From: an uncultured Methanosarcinales archaeon
GTDB lineage: Archaea > Nanobdellota > Nanobdellia > Woesearchaeales > JABIAG01
Reading direction: 5' to 3'
Assembly: GCA_964561995.1 (NCBI GenBank)
Contig: CAZLQZ010000006.1
Location: 8,789-72,788 of the forward strand
DNA length: 64,000 nucleotides
The notes under the pieces were generated by a model. The model made no database searches. It worked only from the letters and a program-made list of their open reading frames with translations, and was not told the DNA's origin. Every line of letters begins with the position of its first letter. The first letter of the stretch is position 1. A program made the position numbers and the translations under genes. Shown one piece after another: positions 18,305 through 27,864 of the stretch.

Positions 18305-18662
18305 TTTTTTTTACCTCTTGGCAAATTTGCCATTCTTCTTTTGATTGTTTGTTGTTTTTTACAAAATATTTTTTGTAAAATTCCATTGTTACATCTTCTT
18401 GACAATTGCCAAGTTTGCATAACAATGGTTTCACTTTGTGAATAGTACAGTGTTTGATTTTGTCGAAAAAGACGCATGGTCCAAACGGTTTTGGGTGTTT
18501 AGGTCGCCATGCTTCAGTTCCGAACATGTTGGTTTTTTCGAGATGTTTAGATTCTAATTCTTTTTCTGTAATGTTAAGGAATTTGGCAATTGCTTCTTTG
18601 TCTCCTGGCCCTAAAAAACCAGTTGAATATTGGCAACACTTGCCACAATTTAAACAACTCAT
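18297..18662 (-). CDS. YkgJ/UPF0153-family CxxCxxCC metal-binding protein
   Basis: [11 protein letters not shown]... plus downstream C/H residues ([13 protein letters not shown]). The ATG at 18662 overlaps the grpE stop (ATGA), and the 3-prime end overlaps the dnaK start by 8 nt. Confidence 0.6.
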   Translation of the reverse strand: MSCLNCGKCCQYSTGFLGPGDKEAIAKFLNITEKELESKHLEKTNMFGTEAWRPKHPKPFGPCVFFDKIKHCTIHKVKPLLCKLGNCQEDVTMEFYKKYFVKNNKQSKEEWQICQEVKKND

Positions 18663-19168
18663 TTCTTGCTTACTTTTACTCTTGAACATCTAATAACTTT
18701 ACCGCTGAGTTTGTATCCTTTTTGTAACTCGTCTAAAATAGTTCCTTCAGGTTTATCTGATTCTTCTGTAATTACAGCTTCATGTAATTCTGGATTGAAA
18801 TTTTTGTTATCTTTAATTGGTTCAAGTCCTTCATTTTCTAAAGTTGCTAAAAATTGTGCAAAGATCATTTCCATCCCTTTGATGAATTCTTCTTTGTTTT
18901 CTTTATGTTTTAATGCTAATTCGAACATGTCTAAAACTGGTAAAAGGCTAGTAATAACTTCTTTTTTAAGATATATTTTTAGATCTTTTTTTTCTTCTTC
19001 AGTTCTTCTTTTAAAGTTTGCAAAGTCTGCTTGAGTTGATTGTAATAGGTATGTAAGTTCTTGAATTCTTTCTTCTGAACTCATTTTTATTTCTTTTTTT
19101 TCTTCTTTACAGGTTTTAACTGCTTCTTTGATTTCAGATTTACAAGTTTTTTGTTTTTCTTTTGACAT
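18659..19168 (-). CDS. grpE: Nucleotide exchange factor GrpE
   Basis: ADFANFKRRTEEE, LLPVLDMFELAL and HEAV motifs, with the typical length after a charged N-terminus. Confidence 0.9.
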   Translation of the reverse strand: MSKEKQKTCKSEIKEAVKTCKEEKKEIKMSSEERIQELTYLLQSTQADFANFKRRTEEEKKDLKIYLKKEVITSLLPVLDMFELALKHKENKEEFIKGMEMIFAQFLATLENEGLEPIKDNKNFNPELHEAVITEESDKPEGTILDELQKGYKLSGKVIRCSRVKVSKK

Positions 19169-19194
19169 TTCGAATCCCCTTTTGTGCTTACCTG

Positions 19195-19211
19195 GTTGAC
19201 CTTAAGTCAAC
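19195..19211 (-). promoter_or_regulatory. Inverted repeat GTTGAC-N5-GTCAAC between a TATA-like box (19237-19244) and the grpE start
   Basis: Read directly: GTTGACCTTAAGTCAAC. It sits about 25-40 nt downstream of TTTATAAA, where an archaeal transcription start would fall. Confidence 0.45.
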
Positions 19212-19318
19212 GATAAGTGTGTTAAACCGAGCTTCTTTATAAATGTTTCGGAAAAATGACCTAGTTCTAAAGGTGTTTTCTAATTATTTTTCCTATTTTT
19301 TTATAGAAATAATGTTAT

Positions 19319-19816
19319 CTACCAACCACCAACACTCTTGTAATTCTCTTTATTTTTCATATAATCATACAAAAAAGAATCTTTTTTTTTAAATTTCATG
19401 AATTTATCATAAAGATGATGATTTTTATCAACTAAACTTATAAAATAATTGTTAGAATCTTTAAATTCATTTTTTCCCCAATCTTTCCAACTCCTTAAGT
19501 CTTTATCATTCCAAGAAAATAGCTCACTCATTTCAGATTCATAAGTCTCATTTATACATCTTAGAGTGCAACTTTTATGTTTTTCAAGAAATTTCAATAA
19601 TGATTTTTCTTCATCGTTGAATGTTTTTATTAAATTAGGTTCATTTTTATATCTTTTTTTTTTAAGTTTAAAATTTTCTTTAATGTCTTCAATTATTTCT
19701 AAAAATTTAGATTTGTTTAAAGGAACTTTATTTTGATTTAAAGAATAGATTATATCTTTACCTATGTTAAATATAACTTTGTGTTCTTTACATATTATAC
19801 TTCCAAAATCTCCCAT
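19319..19816 (-). CDS. Hypothetical protein
   Basis: 165-aa ORF; lysine/asparagine rich; no motif recognised. Confidence 0.4.
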   Translation of the reverse strand: MGDFGSIICKEHKVIFNIGKDIIYSLNQNKVPLNKSKFLEIIEDIKENFKLKKKRYKNEPNLIKTFNDEEKSLLKFLEKHKSCTLRCINETYESEMSELFSWNDKDLRSWKDWGKNEFKDSNNYFISLVDKNHHLYDKFMKFKKKDSFLYDYMKNKENYKSVGGW

Positions 19817-19954
19817 AAATAGATAATATGAATTACTTTTATTTAAATATTTGTGTAAAAATTGAACTTAACACACCTCAACTCTTAATTCATCAAATCA
19901 ATTATTTTTTAACCAACCAAAACCCTTAAAAATCCCTAACCAATATCACTCTTT

Positions 19955-21394
19955 ATGCCACTATTAACTAAATCCAAATATATCATCGGAATACAGTGCC
20001 CGAAGTATTTATGGATGGTTTTTCACGAGAAAGATAAGATTCCCGAACACGATAAATCAACCCAATTTCGTTTCGATCAAGGTAATTTAGTTGGCCAACT
20101 AGCTAAGAAGTTATACCCTGAAGGTATCAATATATCAACCAAAGATTTTATGGGTAATATTAATCAAACAAGGATTTTAGTGGATAAACGTGCAACAATG
20201 TTTGAAGCTGGTTTTATGAACAATAGTTTATATTCACGAGTTGATATTCTTAAACCTGCACCTAAGGGACAGTGGGATATTATAGAAGTAAAATCTTCAA
20301 CAAGTGTTAAAGATATTAATCTACACGATATTTCCTTTCAAAAACATTGCTTAGAATGTTATGGGTTAAAGATTAGAAAATGTTTCTTAATGTATCTTAA
20401 TAACAAATATATAAAAAAAGGAAAAATAAGTCCTAAAAACTTATTTGTAACTGAAGAAATAACTGCATTTAAATATGTAAAAATAAAAGAAATGTTCGAT
20501 ATCATAAATTCTAATGTTAATCCTGATACAACAATAGGAAGACATTGTGCAGACCCTTACGGTTGTCCGTTAGAAGGAGAATGTTGGGGATTTTTACCTG
20601 AACAAAACGTGTTTGATTTGTACAGGGGAACTAATGCTGCTTTAGAATTATTTGAAAATGAAGTATTAGAAATAAAAAATATTCCTGAAGATTTCAAATT
20701 AAACGATAAACAAAGTATTCAAAAAAATTGTGCCATAACCAATAAACCTTACATCCAAAAAGAAGGAATTAAAGATTTCATTAAAACTTTAAATTATCCT
20801 TTATACTATTTAGACTTTGAAACTCATAGTCCAGCAATCCCAATTTATGATGGAATGAGACCTTATCAAAGAATTCCTTTCCAATTTTCTTTACATATTG
20901 TTCAAGAAGATGGCACTTCTTCACATCATTCTTTTTTAGCAGAAGGAAAAGAAGATCCAAGACCAAAATTCTTAGAAGAATTAAAGAAATTACTTGATGA
21001 TAAAGGAAGTATTGTTGTTTACAATCAAACATTTGAAATAAGTATGTTAAACGAATTAGCAGTGAGCTTTCCAGAATATAACGAAGTAATTAAACAATAT
21101 AAGGATAGAATTGTAGACTTGCTAGTGCCTTTTAGAAACTTTCATTATTATCATCCAAAACAAGCAGGCTCAGCATCAATTAAGAAAGTTCTCCCTGCAC
21201 TAACTGGTAAGAGTTATGATGACTTAGGAATTAATCAGGGCAATGATGCAAGCCTTTCTTTTGTACGTATGATCTTTGGTGAAGATTCTAAAGAAGAAAA
21301 AGATAAAATTAAAGCTGATTTAGAAAAGTATTGTAAACTTGATACTGAAGGGATGATTTGGATTGTTGATGAATTGAGAAAGTTAATTGAGTGA
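19955..21394 (+). CDS. DUF2779-like protein (PD-(D/E)xK nuclease-like N-domain + RNase H-like C-domain)
   Basis: N-terminus LLTKSKYIIGIQCPKYLWM resembles the DUF2779 signature. DILKP...WDIIEVKSST fits a D..ExK nuclease motif; YYLDFET fits a DEDD-type exonuclease motif. Confidence 0.55.
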   Translation: MPLLTKSKYIIGIQCPKYLWMVFHEKDKIPEHDKSTQFRFDQGNLVGQLAKKLYPEGINISTKDFMGNINQTRILVDKRATMFEAGFMNNSLYSRVDILKPAPKGQWDIIEVKSSTSVKDINLHDISFQKHCLECYGLKIRKCFLMYLNNKYIKKGKISPKNLFVTEEITAFKYVKIKEMFDIINSNVNPDTTIGRHCADPYGCPLEGECWGFLPEQNVFDLYRGTNAALELFENEVLEIKNIPEDFKLNDKQSIQKNCAITNKPYIQKEGIKDFIKTLNYPLYYLDFETHSPAIPIYDGMRPYQRIPFQFSLHIVQEDGTSSHHSFLAEGKEDPRPKFLEELKKLLDDKGSIVVYNQTFEISMLNELAVSFPEYNEVIKQYKDRIVDLLVPFRNFHYYHPKQAGSASIKKVLPALTGKSYDDLGINQGNDASLSFVRMIFGEDSKEEKDKIKADLEKYCKLDTEGMIWIVDELRKLIE

Positions 21395-21398
21395 ACGT

Positions 21399-21905
21399 TT
21401 ATTGAACTGTTATTTCTAAATACTCTTGAATATTTTCATGAAAAGATATTTCACATGCATAAATTCCTGGAACTTCATTTGTTAATCCAATCATAATTGG
21501 AACCTTTTTAGATTGTTTAGAAGGAATACTGGTAGGGGCATTTTGATATGTGGGATTTATTCCTACACATTCTAAATTTATTGCTGGTTTTATTTCTTCT
21601 TCATTTGGATTGAAAACATAAGTCAACAGTAAATTATCTTTATCATTCTTAAAAGTTAATTCATTCCCTCCATTGGGTATGGTGATCAAGTCTGATTCTG
21701 TTGCTGGAATAGCGTCAACATATTCTATTGGTTGAAGTTTTGTAGTTTCAAAAGTTTTTACTCCAGATTTAACAAATAAAACCTTAAAACCTAATCCCGC
21801 AATTAAGAGTAATGCAACAACAATTATGGTTATAATTGGAACTTTGAATGATTTCTTCTTAAAAAATTCATTAATTTGATTAAGATTATATCCACTCTTA
21901 ACCAT
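21399..21905 (-). CDS. Membrane-anchored hypothetical protein
   Basis: One TM helix (PIITIIVVALLLIAGLGFKVLF) followed by a beta-rich ectodomain. ATG at 21905 preferred over the TTG track start. Confidence 0.45.
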   Translation of the reverse strand: MVKSGYNLNQINEFFKKKSFKVPIITIIVVALLLIAGLGFKVLFVKSGVKTFETTKLQPIEYVDAIPATESDLITIPNGGNELTFKNDKDNLLLTYVFNPNEEEIKPAINLECVGINPTYQNAPTSIPSKQSKKVPIMIGLTNEVPGIYACEISFHENIQEYLEITVQ

Positions 21906-22110
21906 CTTCTTTTTTATCAATTCCTTTGCATTCAACTCTCATAAATGGTGCATCTTTATTATAACCATTTTTAAAATGTATTTCATCATAAGATTTACTC
22001 AAACGAACATCCCAATATGGTTTTATTTCTCTATATTCTATTTTTTTCTTTTCTGAAGCAATTTTTTCAAACCATTTTTTGTGTAAAGTTAAATGTAAAA
22101 TCTTCCTAAT
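21898..22110 (-). pseudogene. ASCH-like ORF lacking an in-frame canonical start
   Basis: My translation: ...ILHLTLHKKWFEKIASEKKKIEYREIKPYWDVRLSKSYDEIHFKNGYNKDAPFMRVECKGIDKKEDG. The only nearby ATG (22127-22129) is out of frame across an A6 run (22114-22119). The family call is from memory of the EYREIKPYW pattern and is tentative. Confidence 0.35.
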
Positions 22111-22312
22111 CTTAAAAAATGAATTTCATTTATAAATTTAGCTTATATTATTTTATTCAAAACTTATTAGATTAGATAAGTTGGATTCTACTTTTTAAAA
22201 AAAACAATCTCAAAGTACAAGAATGTTTGATTATTTGTAAAACGGAGGATTTAACTACTTTCAAGTAACTGCACTTCATTAACTTTATATATTAGTTAAT
22301 CTTTCTTTTGTT

Positions 22313-23059
22313 ATGGTCGAACAAACAATATACTTGTTAAGACATGGTCAAACATATTGGAATGCCGAATCTAAGAAAAAACATCAAACTCATTCTAATG
22401 GTATTGGTAATTTATTATCTTTAAAAGGAATTGAACAGGCAAAAACTGCTGCTCAAATTTTGAAAGGTGTAGAATTGCATTATGCTTTTCATACTCCTTT
22501 AACAAGATCTAAACAAACTTTAAATGAAGTTATTAAATATCATCCCAGTTTATGTGTTTTTGAAAAACCAGAATTAAATGAATTATCATTGGCTTTTCTT
22601 GATGGAATGACTCAGGATGAATGGGAAAAAGAGTTTCCAGAAACAAAAGCACTTTATGATGCTAGAAAAAAAGATAAATTTGGGTGTAAACTTCCTGATG
22701 AAGATTATTCTGCATGTTTTAAAAAAGCTAAACAAATTGCAGAAGCGAATGGAGAACCTATGAAAATAATTCCAAATTGGGAAAACTATGCTGATGTTAT
22801 GAAAAGAACAAAAGAAAGTTTTATTGATAAATTGGATGTTCTTGGGAATTGTTCAATTTTAGTTTCAGGACATCAAGGATTAAATCGGTCTTTACTTGGT
22901 AATTTTTTAATTAATTCAAATTATATTTCTCAAGCAAATGAAATTGTTAATTTAGAAACACCTAATGCCGTGATTTTTAGAATAAATGCTTCTTCTGATG
23001 GAGTTAAACTTTATCATAATATTGGTAATGGTTGGATTGAAGGTTTTGTTAAAAACTAA
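22313..23059 (+). CDS. Histidine phosphatase (phosphoglycerate mutase-like) family protein
   Basis: IYLLRHGQTYWN (RHG catalytic motif) and a downstream SGHQG motif. Confidence 0.8.
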   Translation: MVEQTIYLLRHGQTYWNAESKKKHQTHSNGIGNLLSLKGIEQAKTAAQILKGVELHYAFHTPLTRSKQTLNEVIKYHPSLCVFEKPELNELSLAFLDGMTQDEWEKEFPETKALYDARKKDKFGCKLPDEDYSACFKKAKQIAEANGEPMKIIPNWENYADVMKRTKESFIDKLDVLGNCSILVSGHQGLNRSLLGNFLINSNYISQANEIVNLETPNAVIFRINASSDGVKLYHNIGNGWIEGFVKN

Positions 23060-23271
23060 TTTTTCTCTTTTTTATAACCATGTTTACACATATATGCGAT
23101 AACACATATAGATTGAAGTGCCATAGAACCAACAAACATTTTTCCAACTAGTTTATCCAATCCGCTCACTTCACTAGAAATATAAGTTTGTTTTTTTTCA
23201 ACTACTTCATTGCTTTGAGCATACGGTAATAATGCTAAACTACTTATCGCTATCATTCTTTTGTAATTCAT
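23056..23271 (-). CDS. Small hypothetical protein with signal-like N-terminus
   Basis: 71-aa ORF, hydrophobic N- and C-terminal segments; weak support. Confidence 0.3.
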   Translation of the reverse strand: MNYKRMIAISSLALLPYAQSNEVVEKKQTYISSEVSGLDKLVGKMFVGSMALQSICVIAYMCKHGYKKEKN

Positions 23272-23433
23272 TAAAATGGTGAATGTATGTTGATTTATAA
23301 AATTTCTTTAGAAAAATTAATCCTGAACTTCTCTAATGCTAGACCTACTTCATCTACATTTTTAATTTTAAGTATATTTTTGTATTTCTTTCTACAACAC
23401 ACCTTATTATACTATCTTATCTTTCTTCAAATT

Positions 23434-23847
23434 ATGAAATACGAATTAATATCTCGTGGGACTAAAAATGTTTTTAGATGTGAAGATACAAAACAACTTT
23501 TTAAGATTGATGGACTGGATATTGAATCAGCAATAAAAAAGCATGAGTTTTTGAAAGTTTTTAGAAATCCTAGTTGTGAAAATGATTGCGCTGATGTTGA
23601 ATATTTATGTTCTACTCAAGTCGATAGTCGTGATATGCTTTGTGGCGAGGGATATTATATGGCGGTTTACAAATGTTTTGATTGTAGTTCATATTGGATA
23701 AATGGAATTTATTGTGATTCGATTATGCCTGATTTTGATGCATATCGTAAAATTAAAATTTCTTGGAATAAAGATGAAGATGTTTTAGTACAGTTAGTAA
23801 GGAATATGAGGGGTAGTATTAATACTTCTCTTTTAAAACACTTATAA
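23434..23847 (+). CDS. Cysteine-rich hypothetical protein
   Basis: From the internal ATG (MKYELISRG). The track N-terminus is a hydrophobic AT-rich read-through. Multiple Cys residues (CENDCADVEYLC...CGEGYY...CFDC). Confidence 0.4.
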   Translation: MKYELISRGTKNVFRCEDTKQLFKIDGLDIESAIKKHEFLKVFRNPSCENDCADVEYLCSTQVDSRDMLCGEGYYMAVYKCFDCSSYWINGIYCDSIMPDFDAYRKIKISWNKDEDVLVQLVRNMRGSINTSLLKHL

Positions 23848-23921
23848 TTTGGTTTTTAATAATTAATGGTGTACTTTATTCCCACAAAGTTTTTAATATA
23901 ATAAATTATTAAATATATGGC

Positions 23922-24461
23922 ATGGTTTTGGAAGTAACGTTAACTGATAATGATGGACAATGGGAAGTAAATGGTTTGCTTGATAATTATTCTGTGCATT
24001 CTATTTCAAGATACAATGAAAAAATTTTTGTTATTGCAGGCTATTACCCTGATTTTTTGGGTAAGATTTCTACAATAAAATTCAGAATCGAAGAAATTAA
24101 GATTCATAACACTGGATTTGAAAGATTTAAATGTAAAATTCTTGGATCAGAACTTCCTTATAAACGTATTCAAAAATTATCTGATGAAATTAATAACTTA
24201 CAAAGAAGAGAAAAAAGTCCTGAATATGTAGCTTTTTCTGGAACAGATAAACTAGTAGAAAAAGAAACTCAATATTACATAAGAGAATCTTCAAATGTTA
24301 TTGGTTTTAGGTTTCATGAATCAAAATTAAATACTCATTTAGTTATGCCATTAAATCCTAAACGTCCTATGAAATTTAGACAGTCTTACATAAATTATCA
24401 AGGTTTTAGTGATCATGATTTAGAAGTTTTAGTTAATAATGGTCATCAAGTTTTAAATTAA
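23922..24461 (+). CDS. Hypothetical protein
   Basis: 179-aa ORF; no motif recognised. Confidence 0.4.
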   Translation: MVLEVTLTDNDGQWEVNGLLDNYSVHSISRYNEKIFVIAGYYPDFLGKISTIKFRIEEIKIHNTGFERFKCKILGSELPYKRIQKLSDEINNLQRREKSPEYVAFSGTDKLVEKETQYYIRESSNVIGFRFHESKLNTHLVMPLNPKRPMKFRQSYINYQGFSDHDLEVLVNNGHQVLN

Positions 24462-24793
24462 CTAACAAAAAAATAAGTAATAATTCCAATTATTAGTATA
24501 ATAGATGCAAATGTTAATCCTACAATTTTAATCTTTTTTTCTTTTTTAGTAAGATCTTTCCATTTCTTTCTTTTTTTTCTCCAGTTATCTCTGTTAATTA
24601 ATCCTGCAATAAATAATGCTAAACCCGGAATCCATAATGCTTTGTTATCAAATATAATTCCTATTACTAACCATATTAGTCCAATTACAAACATTGTATA
24701 ATAATCCACTTTTGCTTTTGACTTTTTAGTAAAAAAAATTCCTAGTGCTAAAAGAATTAATATTATAATCATAACAATAATTAACCAAGCCAT
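24458..24793 (-). CDS. Small membrane protein (three to four TM helices)
   Basis: Hydrophobic segments separated by the KRKKWKDLTKKEKK loop. Confidence 0.45.
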   Translation of the reverse strand: MAWLIIVMIIILILLALGIFFTKKSKAKVDYYTMFVIGLIWLVIGIIFDNKALWIPGLALFIAGLINRDNWRKKRKKWKDLTKKEKKIKIVGLTFASIILIIGIITYFFVS

Positions 24794-24827
24794 AATGTGT
24801 TTAATATTTTAAAGTTTATATGTTTTT

Positions 24828-25520
24828 TTATTCCCATGGAATATACTTATTTGGAGTTGAAAGTTTCATTTCAGTTTCCAATCCTTTAATATTATCTTGA
24901 GTGTCGTAATAATTAATTTCTATTCCTGTTCCATAAAGTTTATTTTTCCAATTTAATAAGTTTTCAAGAGAATATTTTCTTCCTTCACCATTTTGATGAA
25001 AAAAGATTTCAAATTCATTAATTCTTCCAAGATAAATTCCACAATGTTTTCTTTGATAATCTTCATTCCATATTAATTCTACAACACAACCTGGAATGGG
25101 ATATTCACATCTTGGTAAAGTTTTAAGTAAAGTTCTAAATGCTCCTTTTCCAATAAATCCTGGACCTGATTTAGGTAAATGGACTCCATCCTTAACAGGT
25201 AAATCAAAGTACCAATTTTCATGATTTTTTTTAATCCACTGTTCATAAATTAATTGTTCTTTATTTAAAACATGTGCAATCATTCCTCTTGAGTTTGGTT
25301 TGACGTGAGAATTTATATTTTGTTTACCAAACTCTGGATGACAGATTAAATCCATAATTCTTGATTCATAAGGGGTATTAGCCAGTAATTCAATTAATAT
25401 CTCTTCTTTTGTTAATATATGTTGATATATAAGTAATTGGGGTAATTTAGCAATTCCCAGGGTGCTTTTGAAATTCATGACTGAATTAAATTGGGTTTCT
25501 ATATAAATCTTATCCAACAC
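24828..25520 (-). CDS. Hypothetical protein (HCGIYLG motif; possible papain/NlpC-like fold, very tentative)
   Basis: 230-aa ORF. Its only feature is HCGIYLGR, reminiscent of the His block of NlpC/P60-type enzymes. Confidence 0.3.
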   Translation of the reverse strand: MLDKIYIETQFNSVMNFKSTLGIAKLPQLLIYQHILTKEEILIELLANTPYESRIMDLICHPEFGKQNINSHVKPNSRGMIAHVLNKEQLIYEQWIKKNHENWYFDLPVKDGVHLPKSGPGFIGKGAFRTLLKTLPRCEYPIPGCVVELIWNEDYQRKHCGIYLGRINEFEIFFHQNGEGRKYSLENLLNWKNKLYGTGIEINYYDTQDNIKGLETEMKLSTPNKYIPWE

Positions 25521-25580
25521 TACTTAAAAGTAACAACACAATCAAAACATTTAAATATGAGTTATACATTACTTTAATCT

Positions 25581-26354
25581 ATGAAGTTATTATTAAGTAT
25601 TTTAACATCTATAGGATTTTTAATAACCTTTACCCTATTCTTATTTTATGTTCCAGATATTGAAGCTACAGGCATGACTATTGTTTCTGGAGCTCATAGA
25701 GGTAATTCAATAAATTATACTGAGAATTCAGTTTTAGCAATTTATGACGCCACAATTAATCCTAAATACGATTTTGTTGAATTTGATGTTCAATACACTA
25801 AAGATATGGTTCCAGTAGTTTTTCATGATTATACTTTAACTAGGTTACATAAAATTCCATTTACTGTTTCAAGTTTAACATATGATCAATTAAAAGAACT
25901 TTCACACAATACTATTCCAACTTTTGAAGAAGTAATGAGTATAATTGGAAATAGAAAAGATATTAATATTGAAATTAAACCTGTTGATGATAAGTTAGAT
26001 ATTCAACTTACAGATTATACTATTAAATATTGTGAAGACCATGGTATAAAACAAAATATTATTTTGAGTAGTATATCAAAGGATGTTGTACGTTATGTTT
26101 CAGAAAATCATCCCGAAATTCCTACTGGATTAATTTATTTTGTACACCCCGTTACATATTTACATTTTGATAGTTTAGTTTTAGATTTATATAAAGAAGT
26201 GGATGAAGTTGGTGCGGATTATCTTATGATGCATGGTGTTAATGTAAGAGATAAAAAATTGTTTGAATTAAAACCAGATAACATTACTTTAGTATTTTGG
26301 TATTTTACTGATGAAATGATAATTATAGAAGATTATGACGATGTTATTTGGTAA
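25581..26354 (+). CDS. Glycerophosphodiester phosphodiesterase with N-terminal membrane anchor
   Basis: GAHRGNS...ENSVLAI...EFDVQYTKDMVPVVFHD and NIEIK motifs. Confidence 0.8.
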   Translation: MKLLLSILTSIGFLITFTLFLFYVPDIEATGMTIVSGAHRGNSINYTENSVLAIYDATINPKYDFVEFDVQYTKDMVPVVFHDYTLTRLHKIPFTVSSLTYDQLKELSHNTIPTFEEVMSIIGNRKDINIEIKPVDDKLDIQLTDYTIKYCEDHGIKQNIILSSISKDVVRYVSENHPEIPTGLIYFVHPVTYLHFDSLVLDLYKEVDEVGADYLMMHGVNVRDKKLFELKPDNITLVFWYFTDEMIIIEDYDDVIW

Positions 26355-26360
26355 ATAACT

Positions 26361-27764
26361 TTAATTATGATTTCTTTTTCTTATTATTGCTCTTCTTAAT
26401 TTGAATGCGATTAATTTGTGAGATAGTTTATTTTTTAAAATTTTAAGATTATGATTTACATAATTTTGTTTTAATTTATCATTATTAATTATTTTAATAA
26501 CTTCATCTACTTTCTCAATTTCAAATTTATCTAGTGAAACGCATTTAAATCCAAATTGTGCTATGTCTTTTATAAATACAGGATATGTGTACAATATCGG
26601 TACTAATCCTCCTGCCATAACTTCCAATAAATTATTTCCAAAACCTTCAATTTCACTAAAATAAGTTGATACTCCTCCCAATCTTGCAATGATTGATGGG
26701 AATTCTGCAAATCTAATTTCAGTTTTAAAATCTTCATTAAAAACTAAGAAGAATTTAGTAGTGTTATATTGTTTAGATAATTTATTATTTAATTTTTTAA
26801 GTTCTTTTTTGTATGTTGTATCTAATTTTCCAGTATGTCCTGAAATAAAGAAAATCATTGCTTTTTTATCTAATTTGGAATGTAATTCATATGCATATTT
26901 TAATGCAAAATCGATTCTTTTTCTTGGAACAATTCTTGTATGTTGTAAACAAAATTGGGTATCTTCTAATGTTAAATTTTCTTTTTTTAACATTTCCCAT
27001 ATTTTAAAATCTTCTAAGAATTTTTCAACTCTTTCTTTAAATTCATCCTTTCTTAATTCGCTGTAATTGTTAATTACTGCAGTTGCAGTATTATAAACAA
27101 CATCATAATTAAGTAATATATCTTTGTGTAATTCTTCATAATATTTTCTTGCTAATTCATATTGCATTGAATTAATAAACAAGATATATTCGACATATTT
27201 ACTTGGAACGCCTTCATCTAAGTATCCTTTTACATCAGGAGAAGGATTTTCAAATTTCGGTCTTTCTAAATGTGAATCGTGCCACCATAAAACATATTTT
27301 GGTGTTGATTTATTATTTTTTATTGCATCTCGATAATATCTTGCAAGAGCAACTGGTCCAATAAAATTAACAGGATGCGAGTAATTATGAATTATTAAAA
27401 TATCAATTTTCTTTTTTTCAATCCATTGGGTAATTTCTTCTTGTGCATTTTGTATTGCTTTTTCAATTTCTTCATAACAATTAACATAACCTTTTGAGAA
27501 ATTATGAACCATTTTTTTATTTAATTTATTACCATGCCATAAAATTTTTCTTTGTGTAATTTGTTTAGATTTTTTTCCAGATTTACCAATCAAATAATAA
27601 ATATTAGAAGCAGGAATATTAAGATATTCTTTCATTGCATATTCTACTTGGTCCATAACAATAGAAACACCGTCCTCAAAACCAAATTGAGAATGAATAA
27701 CACCATAATTTAATGATGGAATTTGTTTTTTAGTAAATTTCATTAATATTTTAATTAATTTCAT
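26361..27764 (-). CDS. Glycosyltransferase (GT-B fold, GT4-like)
   Basis: C-terminal EIEGFGNNLLEVMAGGLVPI resembles the GT4 E-x7-E region. An alternative start (MKFTKKQ, 27743) lies 24 nt from a TTTAAAAATA box. Confidence 0.55.
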   Translation of the reverse strand: MKLIKILMKFTKKQIPSLNYGVIHSQFGFEDGVSIVMDQVEYAMKEYLNIPASNIYYLIGKSGKKSKQITQRKILWHGNKLNKKMVHNFSKGYVNCYEEIEKAIQNAQEEITQWIEKKKIDILIIHNYSHPVNFIGPVALARYYRDAIKNNKSTPKYVLWWHDSHLERPKFENPSPDVKGYLDEGVPSKYVEYILFINSMQYELARKYYEELHKDILLNYDVVYNTATAVINNYSELRKDEFKERVEKFLEDFKIWEMLKKENLTLEDTQFCLQHTRIVPRKRIDFALKYAYELHSKLDKKAMIFFISGHTGKLDTTYKKELKKLNNKLSKQYNTTKFFLVFNEDFKTEIRFAEFPSIIARLGGVSTYFSEIEGFGNNLLEVMAGGLVPILYTYPVFIKDIAQFGFKCVSLDKFEIEKVDEVIKIINNDKLKQNYVNHNLKILKNKLSHKLIAFKLRRAIIRKRNHN

Positions 27765-27864
27765 CCTTTAAAAATATTTTCAAAATTAAACTTGACCGGC
27801 AAATTGTTTTAAATTAATATTAATCATATAAAACCTTATTAATTAATAATCATTTTAATCTTTT

